Shown here in pieces: positions 27,291 to 35,745 of a stretch of 64,000 nucleotides of DNA. Numbering within the stretch: the first letter of the stretch is position 1; each line of letters starts with the position of its first letter. The position numbers were made by a program, and so were the translations under genes. The stretch comes from a virus. The stretch lies in UHGV virus genome UHGV-0225074; one strand, written 5' to 3'. Under the pieces are notes generated by a model that was not told the origin of the DNA, did not search any database, and worked only from the letters and a program-made list of their open reading frames with translations.

Positions 27291-27656
27291 TCAACGACGG
27301 TGAGAGACATCTCCTGAGACTGTTCTAACATTACCTTCAATGGTTTCTGCTATAACGTCTCCCGAGACGGTGGTCACATCTGCAAGTGCCCCTTTTTCAA
27401 CATGGACATCACCAGACACAGTCTTAATATTGCCTGCTGTCCCATAAACATTCACACCACCAGACGTGGTGTTTATGCTACCGGTATTCCCGTGGATGAC
27501 CACAGTGATGTTTTTATCAGAAGTGGCGTAGACCTCTTTTCCGTTGATGAGGATTTTATCCCCATTTGCAGAAATACTCAAGTCCCCACCAATAATGCTA
27601 CCATTAACCACGGTATTCCCGTTGATAGTGATGGTATTACCATTCACCTTAACCAT
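27291..27656 (-). CDS. bactofilin-like beta-helical repeat protein
   Basis: Start refined to ATG 27656 (SD AAGGAG; the ORF track extends further to 27776); 121 aa of degenerate G-x-V/I repeats (NGNTITINGNTVVNG, TVSGDVHV, TVSGDVIA, TVSGDVSH) as in bactofilin/DUF583. Confidence 0.5.
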   Translation of the reverse strand: MVKVNGNTITINGNTVVNGSIIGGDLSISANGDKILINGKEVYATSDKNITVVIHGNTGSINTTSGGVNVYGTAGNIKTVSGDVHVEKGALADVTTVSGDVIAETIEGNVRTVSGDVSHRR

Positions 27657-27709
27657 AGATTGCTCCTTTGCATGTTTTAATTTCACTACTAAGTATTCAC
27701 GCAGACCCA

Positions 27710-27895
27710 TTAAACCGCCTCCAAGTCCGACTCTGGATGGAATAACCACCCGATATGGTCTATAGAATATGCCCATTCGGCCTTGTTGTACTCATCCCCT
27801 TCTGAAAAGTACATGGTTGAAATAGGGCCTATCTTACCGCTCCAAGTATCTTTGACTATCTGCCCGACTTTAAACTTCGGTTCTGGTCTCACCAT
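27710..27895 (-). CDS. hypothetical small protein
   Basis: Start refined to ATG 27895 (SD GAGGGTC; the ORF track extends further to 27952). Confidence 0.4.
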   Translation of the reverse strand: MVRPEPKFKVGQIVKDTWSGKIGPISTMYFSEGDEYNKAEWAYSIDHIGWLFHPESDLEAV

Positions 27896-28058
27896 TCTTA
27901 ATGACCCTCGCTTTTTGGACATGATAGACAAACTGTTTGTTCTCTTTAACAAACTTTTTGCCCTGTTCTTCGTCTTCGAAAATCAAGGTATCACACTCGG
28001 TGAAAGAATGTCCAGGTCTTTTTTCAACAGACCGCGTTGTGGCTACAATGAGGGCCAT
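27870..28058 (-). CDS. hypothetical small protein
   Basis: SD GAGGAGG; starts at the RNA-ligase stop. Confidence 0.45.
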   Translation of the reverse strand: MALIVATTRSVEKRPGHSFTECDTLIFEDEEQGKKFVKENKQFVYHVQKARVIKNGETRTEV

Positions 28059-29044
28059 TAGCCCTCCTCACTCAGACGAGTCATGTACCATGCACGAGCT
28101 TTGTTGCTGATAAACTTGCCAACATCTTTCATGGTCATGGAGCTGGCTTCCAGAACATCACCCTCTTCCTTGTTGATGTCTCGGTTAATCCACCCAATGA
28201 ATTCACCGATCTTAGTCTGGTCAAGACCGACTTCGCTGACACCCTGCTCAAGACGTGCTTCCGTCACAGCGTACTCAACGAACTCACGCATACTTGCGAG
28301 GCGTTCTGGGTCGATTGCCGCCAGGGTCTTAACTTTGGATACAGAGTGTTTATCACCCTTGACTTTAAACCACAGGCCAGAGATTTTAGAAAGCTCAGGA
28401 TCTTTTGGAGACCAGACAATGCCTTCACCGATACCTTCTACGCCAAAGAACTTACCTGCCGGGCATTTGTTTTCCACTTCACGAGTCAGTTCTGCCAGGT
28501 CATTCTGGACAAGCTCTGGCTCATTGAATGGAATATTAGCCATCCAGTAACCAAAGTCAAGGATACTGTAGATACGAGCATCCGGCAATCCAATTCCAAA
28601 CTGGAATGTTGGTGGTAGCCAGTTGAGGGTATCCGTTGCCTCATCCCGCCCCACAGCCACACGGAAGATAGCAAAGAACGGCTCCACTTCAGTGATGGCA
28701 ACACCTTTCTGAATGCCACGCCCAGCCCATTCACCAGCAATTTCAACCGGGAACTGGAACTCAACGTCATTGACTTCACACAGATATTTAACCTGAGAAA
28801 GAAGCTCTGCGGTGTCTTTTCGAGACATGAAGGCCGCGAAGCCATTGTTATCGTCGCCTACAGTCACGACACGCTCTTTGGACTGGAAGACAACTTCATC
28901 CTCAGAGTGGAATACCACACTGCCATTAGTGCCGTGAAGCTTAACCGTACCGATGTACGGGATCAGGTACGCTTCCGGTGGCAACACCTTCCGCTTGATA
29001 TTGCCCTCTTCATCAATACCGTCGAACGTCAGTTTATCATGCAT
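28058..29044 (-). CDS. RNA ligase, Rnl2-like (T4 RnlB family)
   Basis: Nucleotidyltransferase motif I VKLHGTN (T4 Rnl2 KIHGTN); with start at ATG 29044 the lysine is residue 35 as in T4 Rnl2 (the ORF track TTG at 29149 gives a longer product); no obvious SD. Confidence 0.65.
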   Translation of the reverse strand: MHDKLTFDGIDEEGNIKRKVLPPEAYLIPYIGTVKLHGTNGSVVFHSEDEVVFQSKERVVTVGDDNNGFAAFMSRKDTAELLSQVKYLCEVNDVEFQFPVEIAGEWAGRGIQKGVAITEVEPFFAIFRVAVGRDEATDTLNWLPPTFQFGIGLPDARIYSILDFGYWMANIPFNEPELVQNDLAELTREVENKCPAGKFFGVEGIGEGIVWSPKDPELSKISGLWFKVKGDKHSVSKVKTLAAIDPERLASMREFVEYAVTEARLEQGVSEVGLDQTKIGEFIGWINRDINKEEGDVLEASSMTMKDVGKFISNKARAWYMTRLSEEG

Positions 29045-29084
29045 GGTGCGGATAACCTGACGGAACTGTGCGGTGCTTGGGTAT

Positions 29085-29342
29085 TTAATTGGTTTTGTCA
29101 ATTTTATTCTCCTCAAATAATTTGCTAATGTGTCCGCCAGAAAGTTCAAGAACTACATATCTTTGTTGGTCATCAAAATACTGCTTCCCACTCCATGTTG
29201 CGTGGACAAGATTCCACGCATTCTTGGCAGCGCCAGAGCTAATCCATCCAATCTTGGCTTTGTGGTTCCAGAGGCATCTGTCAACAGTGTCATAGATGAC
29301 AAAAACCGATTTACTCATCAGGACCCTCCAGCTTCCAGCCAC
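29085..29342 (-). CDS. hypothetical protein
   Basis: 85-aa ORF between the macro and ligase genes. Confidence 0.45.
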   Translation of the reverse strand: MAGSWRVLMSKSVFVIYDTVDRCLWNHKAKIGWISSGAAKNAWNLVHATWSGKQYFDDQQRYVVLELSGGHISKLFEENKIDKTN

Positions 29343-29546
29343 GACTATTCAGCCATTCGTCAATCTGAATACCCGTGCCGTCACCACTTGGTTTCTCTAC
29401 CCCAAGTAGTAGTATGGCAAAGCTCTGACCACGAGGGGCGTTATAGGTTAACACCGTATTACCCACATAAAGGTCGATCTTTTTGGTATGTGCTACCATA
29501 CCGTCTCTCAATTTAACCACGATAATCCAGTCCCCCCTGTGGATAA
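29311..29546 (-). CDS. hypothetical small protein
   Basis: Internal ATG at 29546 with weak SD; overlaps the macro gene 3' end in another frame. Confidence 0.3.
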
Positions 29547-30119
29547 TCCACATTTTGTCATTTCCCGAATGGCAGCGATCTGTTCTGATGTCAGAGCGCC
29601 GTCGTCTGGAGGGTAGTAACCAGGGATTTCCCATTCTTTCAAGACATAAACTGTCACATCACAATCAAAGAAGATTGATTTGATCATTGCCTCGATGACG
29701 TTCCAGTCACCGCCTGCAAGGCCAGCACCGATTTTAGGGAACCCGATTCGATAGGTGTCCATAGGGCCGTCTGTATAGCTCTGTAAGAGCTTTTTCATCT
29801 CAACCATCGAATCGTACAGGGCATTGTAATCAAGGTCCCTGAGGCCCTGTTTACGGCGATTATAGCCGTATTGCGAATACAGATTAAATCCTGCGAGAGA
29901 TCCATCATTCAAAAAGGCCATTGTACAGGTTCCCAGCTTGGTCTTATCGCCCTTCTCAGTTTTCAGATCGGCAGCGTACATCTTAGGGAATGCTTCTTTG
30001 ATCAACGGGGCGATTCCGCTCCCCATTGTGCAAAAACAGTTACAGCCATGTCCAAAGACATTAATCTCACCGCTTTTTGCAGCCTCGATCAGGTCACCAA
30101 CTTTGTATTTGAAGCTCAT
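29508..30119 (-). CDS. macro-domain (ADP-ribose binding/processing) protein
   Basis: SD GGAGGTG; N-terminal GHGCNCFCTMGSGIA resembles the macro-domain Gly-rich loop; ATGA coupling with upstream gene. Confidence 0.55.
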   Translation of the reverse strand: MSFKYKVGDLIEAAKSGEINVFGHGCNCFCTMGSGIAPLIKEAFPKMYAADLKTEKGDKTKLGTCTMAFLNDGSLAGFNLYSQYGYNRRKQGLRDLDYNALYDSMVEMKKLLQSYTDGPMDTYRIGFPKIGAGLAGGDWNVIEAMIKSIFFDCDVTVYVLKEWEIPGYYPPDDGALTSEQIAAIREMTKCGLSTGGTGLSWLN

Positions 30120-30625
30120 TTCTTCACCTCCATACCGAGTTTGGCAGCGATAGCGGCATCAACAACCGCAGCGAATTTCTGGTTAAGGCGAGCAGAGACA
30201 TGTTTTTCAACATCCTGAAGCGCATTGTCGATATGGCGATCAAGAGTATCCTTCATCGTATTGGTAGAACGAGAAAGGGTATCGTTAATGATCTTTCGCA
30301 TTTCTGAATCTGCAAGCTGTTCCACCTTTTTCTTAACCAACTCACGGATCTGCCCTGTAGTGCTATCCTTAAGACGGAAATCATGCCAGCCCGTTTTCTC
30401 AAGGTGTACATCAAGAGCATTCTTGACCAAGGTATTCAGGTCCATCATGCCGCACTCATGTGTCACATGGGTACGGATCGAGGTTTCCAGGCGAACAGAG
30501 ATGTCGCGATCAAGAATACGCTTGGCGATATTGTTCACCACAGCTTGTTGCAGGTTTACACGCAGTTCTGTCCCTTCTGGGAAAAGCTTTTCTACTGCCG
30601 CTGTGTCTAGTTTTAATTCAACCAT
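30116..30625 (-). CDS. hypothetical protein
   Basis: Start refined to ATG 30625 (SD GAGGAAG; TAATG coupling; the ORF track extends further to 30640). Confidence 0.5.
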   Translation of the reverse strand: MVELKLDTAAVEKLFPEGTELRVNLQQAVVNNIAKRILDRDISVRLETSIRTHVTHECGMMDLNTLVKNALDVHLEKTGWHDFRLKDSTTGQIRELVKKKVEQLADSEMRKIINDTLSRSTNTMKDTLDRHIDNALQDVEKHVSARLNQKFAAVVDAAIAAKLGMEVKK

Positions 30626-30630
30626 TATAC

Positions 30631-30795
30631 TTCCTCGCATTCATATGGATAGATGTCAAGGTCTTGTCCTTTCCATTCACAACGGTAATAGTCAAGAAAT
30701 GTCCCGTTATACACTTCCTCCAGAACATCCAAAATATCACCTTTTTGAGGGGCGTGCCCTTGTTCGCTGTAACTTGCGGTCATTTTAACTTTCAT
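30631..30795 (-). CDS. hypothetical small protein (54 aa, not in ORF track)
   Basis: SD GAGGAG before ATG 30795; stop overlaps the next start. Confidence 0.4.
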
Positions 30796-30968
30796 TTACA
30801 ACTCCTCTCTTTAAACTCTTTCATGGATTCAATAGCATCCGCACGATTTTTCGCACAGACAACAAACACCCGATGACGTCGATAAGTGTACCCCGCCATA
30901 ACACAATCCGCAGTCTCTAACCACCAATGTTCGTTAAGTTCAGAGGCCGGAAATTTGAATTTTGCCAT
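30792..30968 (-). CDS. hypothetical small protein
   Basis: Start refined to ATG 30968 (TAATG coupling; the ORF track extends further to 31022). Confidence 0.4.
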   Translation of the reverse strand: MAKFKFPASELNEHWWLETADCVMAGYTYRRHRVFVVCAKNRADAIESMKEFKERSCK

Positions 30969-31165
30969 TAGCGATTGTACCACGCTACATGAGTAGCCCA
31001 TTCTGGGCGCGGACTCCAGCAACTAACATTGGACTCATATTTATCGTTTTTGCACCAATACCCGCTACCATCATCGGGGATAAACGCACCAACACTGACA
31101 CACATATCCCATACCTCAGATGACATAACATCTGCGTAATCAGGGATAGGCCTGAATTCTACCAT
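30968..31165 (-). CDS. hypothetical small Cys/Trp-rich protein
   Basis: SD GAAGGGGGAA before ATG. Confidence 0.45.
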   Translation of the reverse strand: MVEFRPIPDYADVMSSEVWDMCVSVGAFIPDDGSGYWCKNDKYESNVSCWSPRPEWATHVAWYNR

Positions 31166-31458
31166 AATTCCCCCTTCATTAAAACAATCCGGTTACGATG
31201 TGCATAATCACGGAAGGCTCCAAGATTGTCTTTATCGTGTTTAGCGATCTTCTCAAGAACTTCCATTGCAGTTATGCCAGATGTCCAGCCTGACTGACAG
31301 AAGCCATTGTCTGTACGAATATAACACTCTTTTTCAGCCTGTCCATATCGTGCCTGATTTTCAATATCACTGATGTCAAGGTCACTAATCCTAACAAGGC
31401 GCTCTTCCCCAGTAAAATCGGGAATGTAAACATAACCAAAACCTGGTGAACGTCTCAT
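31159..31458 (-). CDS. hypothetical protein
   Basis: SD GGAGAT before ATG. Confidence 0.45.
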   Translation of the reverse strand: MRRSPGFGYVYIPDFTGEERLVRISDLDISDIENQARYGQAEKECYIRTDNGFCQSGWTSGITAMEVLEKIAKHDKDNLGAFRDYAHRNRIVLMKGELW

Positions 31459-31607
31459 ACTTTAATCTCCACGTAATAAGGTAATCGCTTGATCAAGTCT
31501 TGAGGGGCACCATTTTCTGTCCAGGTGAGGCCTTGGTCACCAGACACATAGCCTTTACCGTTAACAAACTTGCGCCATACATTACGGAGTTGGTTTTTGT
31601 AGATCAT
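31455..31607 (-). CDS. hypothetical small protein (50 aa, not in ORF track)
   Basis: SD GGAG; ATGA overlaps at both ends. Confidence 0.4.
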   Translation of the reverse strand: MIYKNQLRNVWRKFVNGKGYVSGDQGLTWTENGAPQDLIKRLPYYVEIKV

Positions 31608-31795
31608 TCAATCACACTCCAGCCTTCTTCCTGCCATGCTTCACCGCGATACCAGCGGGTCATATCATAACCCATTTCACAACGGATCGCGCCATCGCGC
31701 CACTCAAACCACTCGTCAGAAGTGAAATGTTCGTTACGGACACGTTTACCTTCACGCATAGCCTGCTGTGCTTCTTTCCACGTTAATTTAGACAT
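31604..31795 (-). CDS. hypothetical small protein
   Basis: Start refined to ATG 31795 (SD GAGGATAA; the ORF track extends further to 31855). Confidence 0.4.
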   Translation of the reverse strand: MSKLTWKEAQQAMREGKRVRNEHFTSDEWFEWRDGAIRCEMGYDMTRWYRGEAWQEEGWSVIE

Positions 31796-31833
31796 TGAGT
31801 TTATCCTCGTTTTGTTTGATACATGAAGCATAA

Positions 31834-31851
31834 CAGCCCCGGAAGGGGCTG
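31834..31851 (-). terminator. hairpin, possible weak terminator after the AAA ATPase gene
   Basis: CAGCCCC-GGAA-GGGGCTG stem-loop just downstream of the 31858 stop; T-run is weak. Confidence 0.35.
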
Positions 31852-31857
31852 TCAATA

Positions 31858-33054
31858 TTATTTTCCTTCGATAAGCTTAATATCTTCAGCGTAGTTGACT
31901 TGGAAGTCTGCCATAATTTTCATTATGATGGGCTTTGCCTTCAACAAACGTGCAGGAAGCTTGTCACGGTGGCTTGCAGTGGTCAACAGCGCCTTACCGA
32001 ATGCATTTTCCTTAATGAACGACAGGAAAATAGAGCTTACGAAGTCTCGGTTCTGGTCCATAAAGTGATCGTAAAGATACTGTAAGAAGTTACCAGAGAA
32101 TTCAATAATCTGATCATCGGTGTAGTTGGTATCTGCAATAGCCTTAAGCAACCAAATAGCACCTTCAGAACCCAAAATCCACAAGCTATCTGATGGAAGG
32201 TCTCCAGGGTCTTGGGCAGTACCGTTCATAACATCTTCGATCGGAACCATATTACGAAGTTTAGTGTGGTATGCCCACAATTCAGTCATCAGAGGTGTGC
32301 CGATAAAGCCCTGGAGAGCAACCTTAGCCAAGTTGGCAGATAGCAACTCTGCATCATAATCATATAATACATCACTGGCAAATACCCAAGTACGGGGTGT
32401 GGCGTAAGAAGGACACCCGATATCCAGCATTTCTTCATAGTTTTCAATGGCGCTGTTCTTGCGTGACAGGAAACCAATGATAGAGGGATGAACACCATTC
32501 TGCATGGCGAAGTCCTCAATAAACACCGTTGCGCTATACGCCAGTTCTACTAGCATCATGCGGTTAGCCAGCGGGGCTTCCAGCGGGGTTACCGCAGTAC
32601 CATCACCCGCACGGTTACCCGCAGAAACTAATACAGCCCCTTCCGGGAACTGGTAGGTCCCGATACGACGATCCAGCATGATTTGGAATGCAAGTTTCTG
32701 AAGGTAAGTTTCAGCGTGGAGAAGCTCATCAAGGAACACGATACCTTTCCAGTTAGGATCACGAGGCCAAAAATCCGGCAATGCGTACACTGTGCGAGTA
32801 ACACCATTGTCATCGGTGTAGGGAATCTGCACCCCGGTGAGGTCCGTGTTATCTTTATCCGCCAGGCGGAAGTCTACCAGGTTATCACCAGGCCCGAAAA
32901 GAGAGTCTGCTATTTGCTTCACGGCCTGACTTTTACCAATACCTGCCCCACCGAAGATCATCAGTGAACGTTTGCGACGCTGGCAAAATTGTACGAGTGG
33001 TGGAAGATCGCGTAAAGTGATCCAGTTGCCAGAAAAGATGTTACGACTTGACAT
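31858..33054 (-). CDS. AAA+ ATPase, CobS/MoxR-like
   Basis: SD AGGAGA; Walker A IFGGAGIGKSQAV; Walker B-like GIVFLDEL. Confidence 0.7.
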   Translation of the reverse strand: MSSRNIFSGNWITLRDLPPLVQFCQRRKRSLMIFGGAGIGKSQAVKQIADSLFGPGDNLVDFRLADKDNTDLTGVQIPYTDDNGVTRTVYALPDFWPRDPNWKGIVFLDELLHAETYLQKLAFQIMLDRRIGTYQFPEGAVLVSAGNRAGDGTAVTPLEAPLANRMMLVELAYSATVFIEDFAMQNGVHPSIIGFLSRKNSAIENYEEMLDIGCPSYATPRTWVFASDVLYDYDAELLSANLAKVALQGFIGTPLMTELWAYHTKLRNMVPIEDVMNGTAQDPGDLPSDSLWILGSEGAIWLLKAIADTNYTDDQIIEFSGNFLQYLYDHFMDQNRDFVSSIFLSFIKENAFGKALLTTASHRDKLPARLLKAKPIIMKIMADFQVNYAEDIKLIEGK

Positions 33055-33117
33055 TATTTGTCTCCTGTAAATGAAATTCGGGAGAAGGATACATTAATCC
33101 CTTACCCATTACAATGG

Positions 33118-33540
33118 TTATTTGTCAACCCAAACACGATTTTCATCACACCAATCATAAAAATCTTTCATGATGTCGTTGAATTCCCGCAAGGGTGTAT
33201 AATGACGAATAGGATCAGCATCATATCCCTCATTCTTACATTCTGCAATAGAGGCTAACCAATCTTGGTGTGTTGGAACATCCCGGAAATAGCCGATTAT
33301 ATCGCACAGCTCATAATCGCAGCCATTGTCCCAGTTATCATAGTTTGACTCAAGAGGGAATTTCCGTTCAAGACGACGGGCTATCTCTTTAGCAAGCTCA
33401 TGCACCGTCTTGTCTGTCCAGTCTTCCCGACCACATTCGCCACTCCGCTTATCCCAGATATCGCGGAGGTCCAGAGTTGTTTTCCAGTTAGGCATTGTTC
33501 CTCTCCTTATATCTTCCTCGCCAAGGGCCGAAACGCCCAC
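33118..33540 (-). CDS. hypothetical protein
   Basis: 140-aa ORF, Trp/Asp-rich. Confidence 0.5.
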   Translation of the reverse strand: MGVSALGEEDIRRGTMPNWKTTLDLRDIWDKRSGECGREDWTDKTVHELAKEIARRLERKFPLESNYDNWDNGCDYELCDIIGYFRDVPTHQDWLASIAECKNEGYDADPIRHYTPLREFNDIMKDFYDWCDENRVWVDK

Positions 33541-33635
33541 ATTTTAGACATTCCCAGCTGCGTTGCCCGTAAATGATGGTCTTGCCGATTTCTTTATTTC
33601 GACAATTTGGGCAAGAGTATACTATCCTACCACCT

Positions 33636-34139
33636 TTAGACAGCATTTTTCACCTTCCTCAACTCGAATTCATCGCCATAGCCTATCATATGCCCCTTGG
33701 CTGTGATCACCTTTTCGCCAAACACACTGCCAGTGCATTTACCAATGAATACCTCTGGCATATCCTCTTCTTCCAAGAGGATATTCACATTGAAAATACC
33801 GTGATAATGAGTTGCCATACAATGCGGGGCATTTTTATTTTTATTATCATATTTCTTCCACACACCATGCCCAACATAGCGGTACATATTATACTTATAC
33901 CACGTGTACGAACCCCACAAATCATAGGCTATATGGTCAACCTTCACGTTTACCAGACGACCTGTTTCCTTCAATAGCTCTTTATGCTCAGATCTTAGTT
34001 TCTTTATGGTTTCTTTAGCTCTCTCATAATACTCCAGATAACGATCAGCTCGCCGCATCATAACATCGAGAATACGTTCCTGGGTAGCACCACTGCCTAC
34101 TAAAGAGTCGTACATATCCTTACTTGATTTGATAGTCAT
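33636..34139 (-). CDS. hypothetical protein
   Basis: 167-aa ORF. Confidence 0.5.
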   Translation of the reverse strand: MTIKSSKDMYDSLVGSGATQERILDVMMRRADRYLEYYERAKETIKKLRSEHKELLKETGRLVNVKVDHIAYDLWGSYTWYKYNMYRYVGHGVWKKYDNKNKNAPHCMATHYHGIFNVNILLEEEDMPEVFIGKCTGSVFGEKVITAKGHMIGYGDEFELRKVKNAV

Positions 34140-34152
34140 CAGTGGCTCGCCT

Positions 34153-34662
34153 CTATAGTTTAGATAAAACGTTGATTGCTTCGTGGTGTTCTTTCATCTT
34201 TGTCAGACGAAGGTACATGTCGTGATACTTACGAATACGGAGTAGGTCTTTATCACCAAGACCTTTCAAGCGGCGAACATCAGAGTTGTGACGCAGGTCT
34301 GCAAGTTTCACACGAATTGCATCGTAATTGCTTGCAATACCCTGAAAATACTCCTCCGGCGTCTGGTTTGGTGTCTTCGTCAGCAGAACCACTGCACAGA
34401 CAACACGGTTGGAGAATCCCATCATCACAAGGTCAGCCGCCATAACGTCAGTATCTTCGACAACATCATGCAATGCTGCGATCGCCATAAGTTGAAAATC
34501 ATCGGTCTTCAGGTAGTGCATTACCTTCAGCGGATGAAGGATGTACGGGTTACCACCCTTATCTTTCTGATTCAGGTGGCCTTCTGCTGCAATTTTAATT
34601 GCCAAAGCAAGTTCTTGTGCTGGACTTAAAGCTTGAATACAACTCTTGTCTGTTGATACCAT
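34153..34662 (-). CDS. HD-domain small alarmone hydrolase (SpoT/Mesh1-type (p)ppGpp hydrolase domain only)
   Basis: SD GAGGAAG; motif GGNPYILHPLKV...LMAIAALHDVVEDTDV matches the RelA/SpoT hydrolase H...HD...D signature; 169 aa with no synthetase domain. Confidence 0.7.
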   Translation of the reverse strand: MVSTDKSCIQALSPAQELALAIKIAAEGHLNQKDKGGNPYILHPLKVMHYLKTDDFQLMAIAALHDVVEDTDVMAADLVMMGFSNRVVCAVVLLTKTPNQTPEEYFQGIASNYDAIRVKLADLRHNSDVRRLKGLGDKDLLRIRKYHDMYLRLTKMKEHHEAINVLSKL

Positions 34663-35612
34663 TTGACAGCTTCCTCTAGGTTAAAGGGTTTTATGTTCAG
34701 TCTATCGAAAGATTTTACGTTGTCAAGCCAAAATTCATCTTCATACCCTGCGATCGACATCATCATCAGTTCTTCTTCTGTTGGGGAATCCCCCTCCATC
34801 ATACTCTGTAGCTTAGGGTCATATTCCAAGTGGAACATTGTTTCTTTCGGGGAGCAAACGAACATTGCCTTACGTGCCTTATTAGCGATCTTTCTGTTCA
34901 TGATGTTGATAACCGAATGATTTATTTGGCTACAAATACGATCTAATGCGGAAGGCTCAAGATAGTCAGAGTAAAGAACCAAATCACCACTGATCAGCCT
35001 TACATTTTTAAGGGTGAATCTCTCCGCCTTACGCGGGGTCATCCAAGATTGGATAGGGGCATTTTTTTGATAACCGGTGTATTCGACAACCAAACGAAGA
35101 GCAAGAGCATCCCTTGACATCCCCACCAAAAGCTGCTTTATACACTCAAGAAAATACTTAGTACGGTAGTTAAAATTGCAGAACCCACCAAGAAATGCTT
35201 CACCGCAACCGTGACCATAAATATCGATGGAGATTGTTTCTACAAAGCGATGTGTCCAAGGGTCGCCACCCGTAATATGTGATTGGTGGGCTATTTCCAT
35301 ACGTGAAACATTTAGCTTCTGACTCATATCAGAACCATACTCCCGGACATCACCGGAATGCCATTGCCAATAAAAAGGGCCACCATGCGCCGGGAGTTTA
35401 TGGATACATGACAAAAATATGTCCAATATGGGGTTCGAATCCTGTACCCCTTGAAGATAATCTCTAAAGCGGGTGATAGGATTGTCAACATATTTGTCCC
35501 TCTCAAAAGTTGAAAGAAATCTCTCTTGAGCAGCCACCTTCCCTTGTAACAACTTATCTATGAAATCTCGCTCCTCATTCCAAGCTTTTAAATTAATATC
35601 TACTTTGCTCAT
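34626..35612 (-). CDS. hypothetical protein
   Basis: Start refined to ATG 35612 (SD GAGGGTAAG; the ORF track extends further to 35675); 328 aa. Confidence 0.5.
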   Translation of the reverse strand: MSKVDINLKAWNEERDFIDKLLQGKVAAQERFLSTFERDKYVDNPITRFRDYLQGVQDSNPILDIFLSCIHKLPAHGGPFYWQWHSGDVREYGSDMSQKLNVSRMEIAHQSHITGGDPWTHRFVETISIDIYGHGCGEAFLGGFCNFNYRTKYFLECIKQLLVGMSRDALALRLVVEYTGYQKNAPIQSWMTPRKAERFTLKNVRLISGDLVLYSDYLEPSALDRICSQINHSVINIMNRKIANKARKAMFVCSPKETMFHLEYDPKLQSMMEGDSPTEEELMMMSIAGYEDEFWLDNVKSFDRLNIKPFNLEEAVKWYQQTRVVFKL

Positions 35613-35678
35613 AATCTCACTTACCCTCTTATACGAATAATGAACAAAGATACACCACCACTTTTTAGAAATCAAGGG

Positions 35679-35707
35679 TTGACAACCCTTTCCCGAATGG
35701 TGATAAT
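35679..35707 (+). promoter_or_regulatory. strong sigma70 promoter for the plus-strand block
   Basis: TTGACA, 17 nt, GATAAT, 39 nt upstream of ATG 35746; the -35 sits inside the palindrome AGGGTTGACAACCCT. Confidence 0.55.
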
Positions 35708-35745
35708 CATCTTACTAAGAACGGGTAAGACCCAAGGAGTTAGAA

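Noticed and set aside
35431-35452. tRNA-like GGGGTTCGAATCC string
   Set aside because: Only the T-loop consensus matches. No acceptor or anticodon arm can be folded, and it lies inside a coding region.
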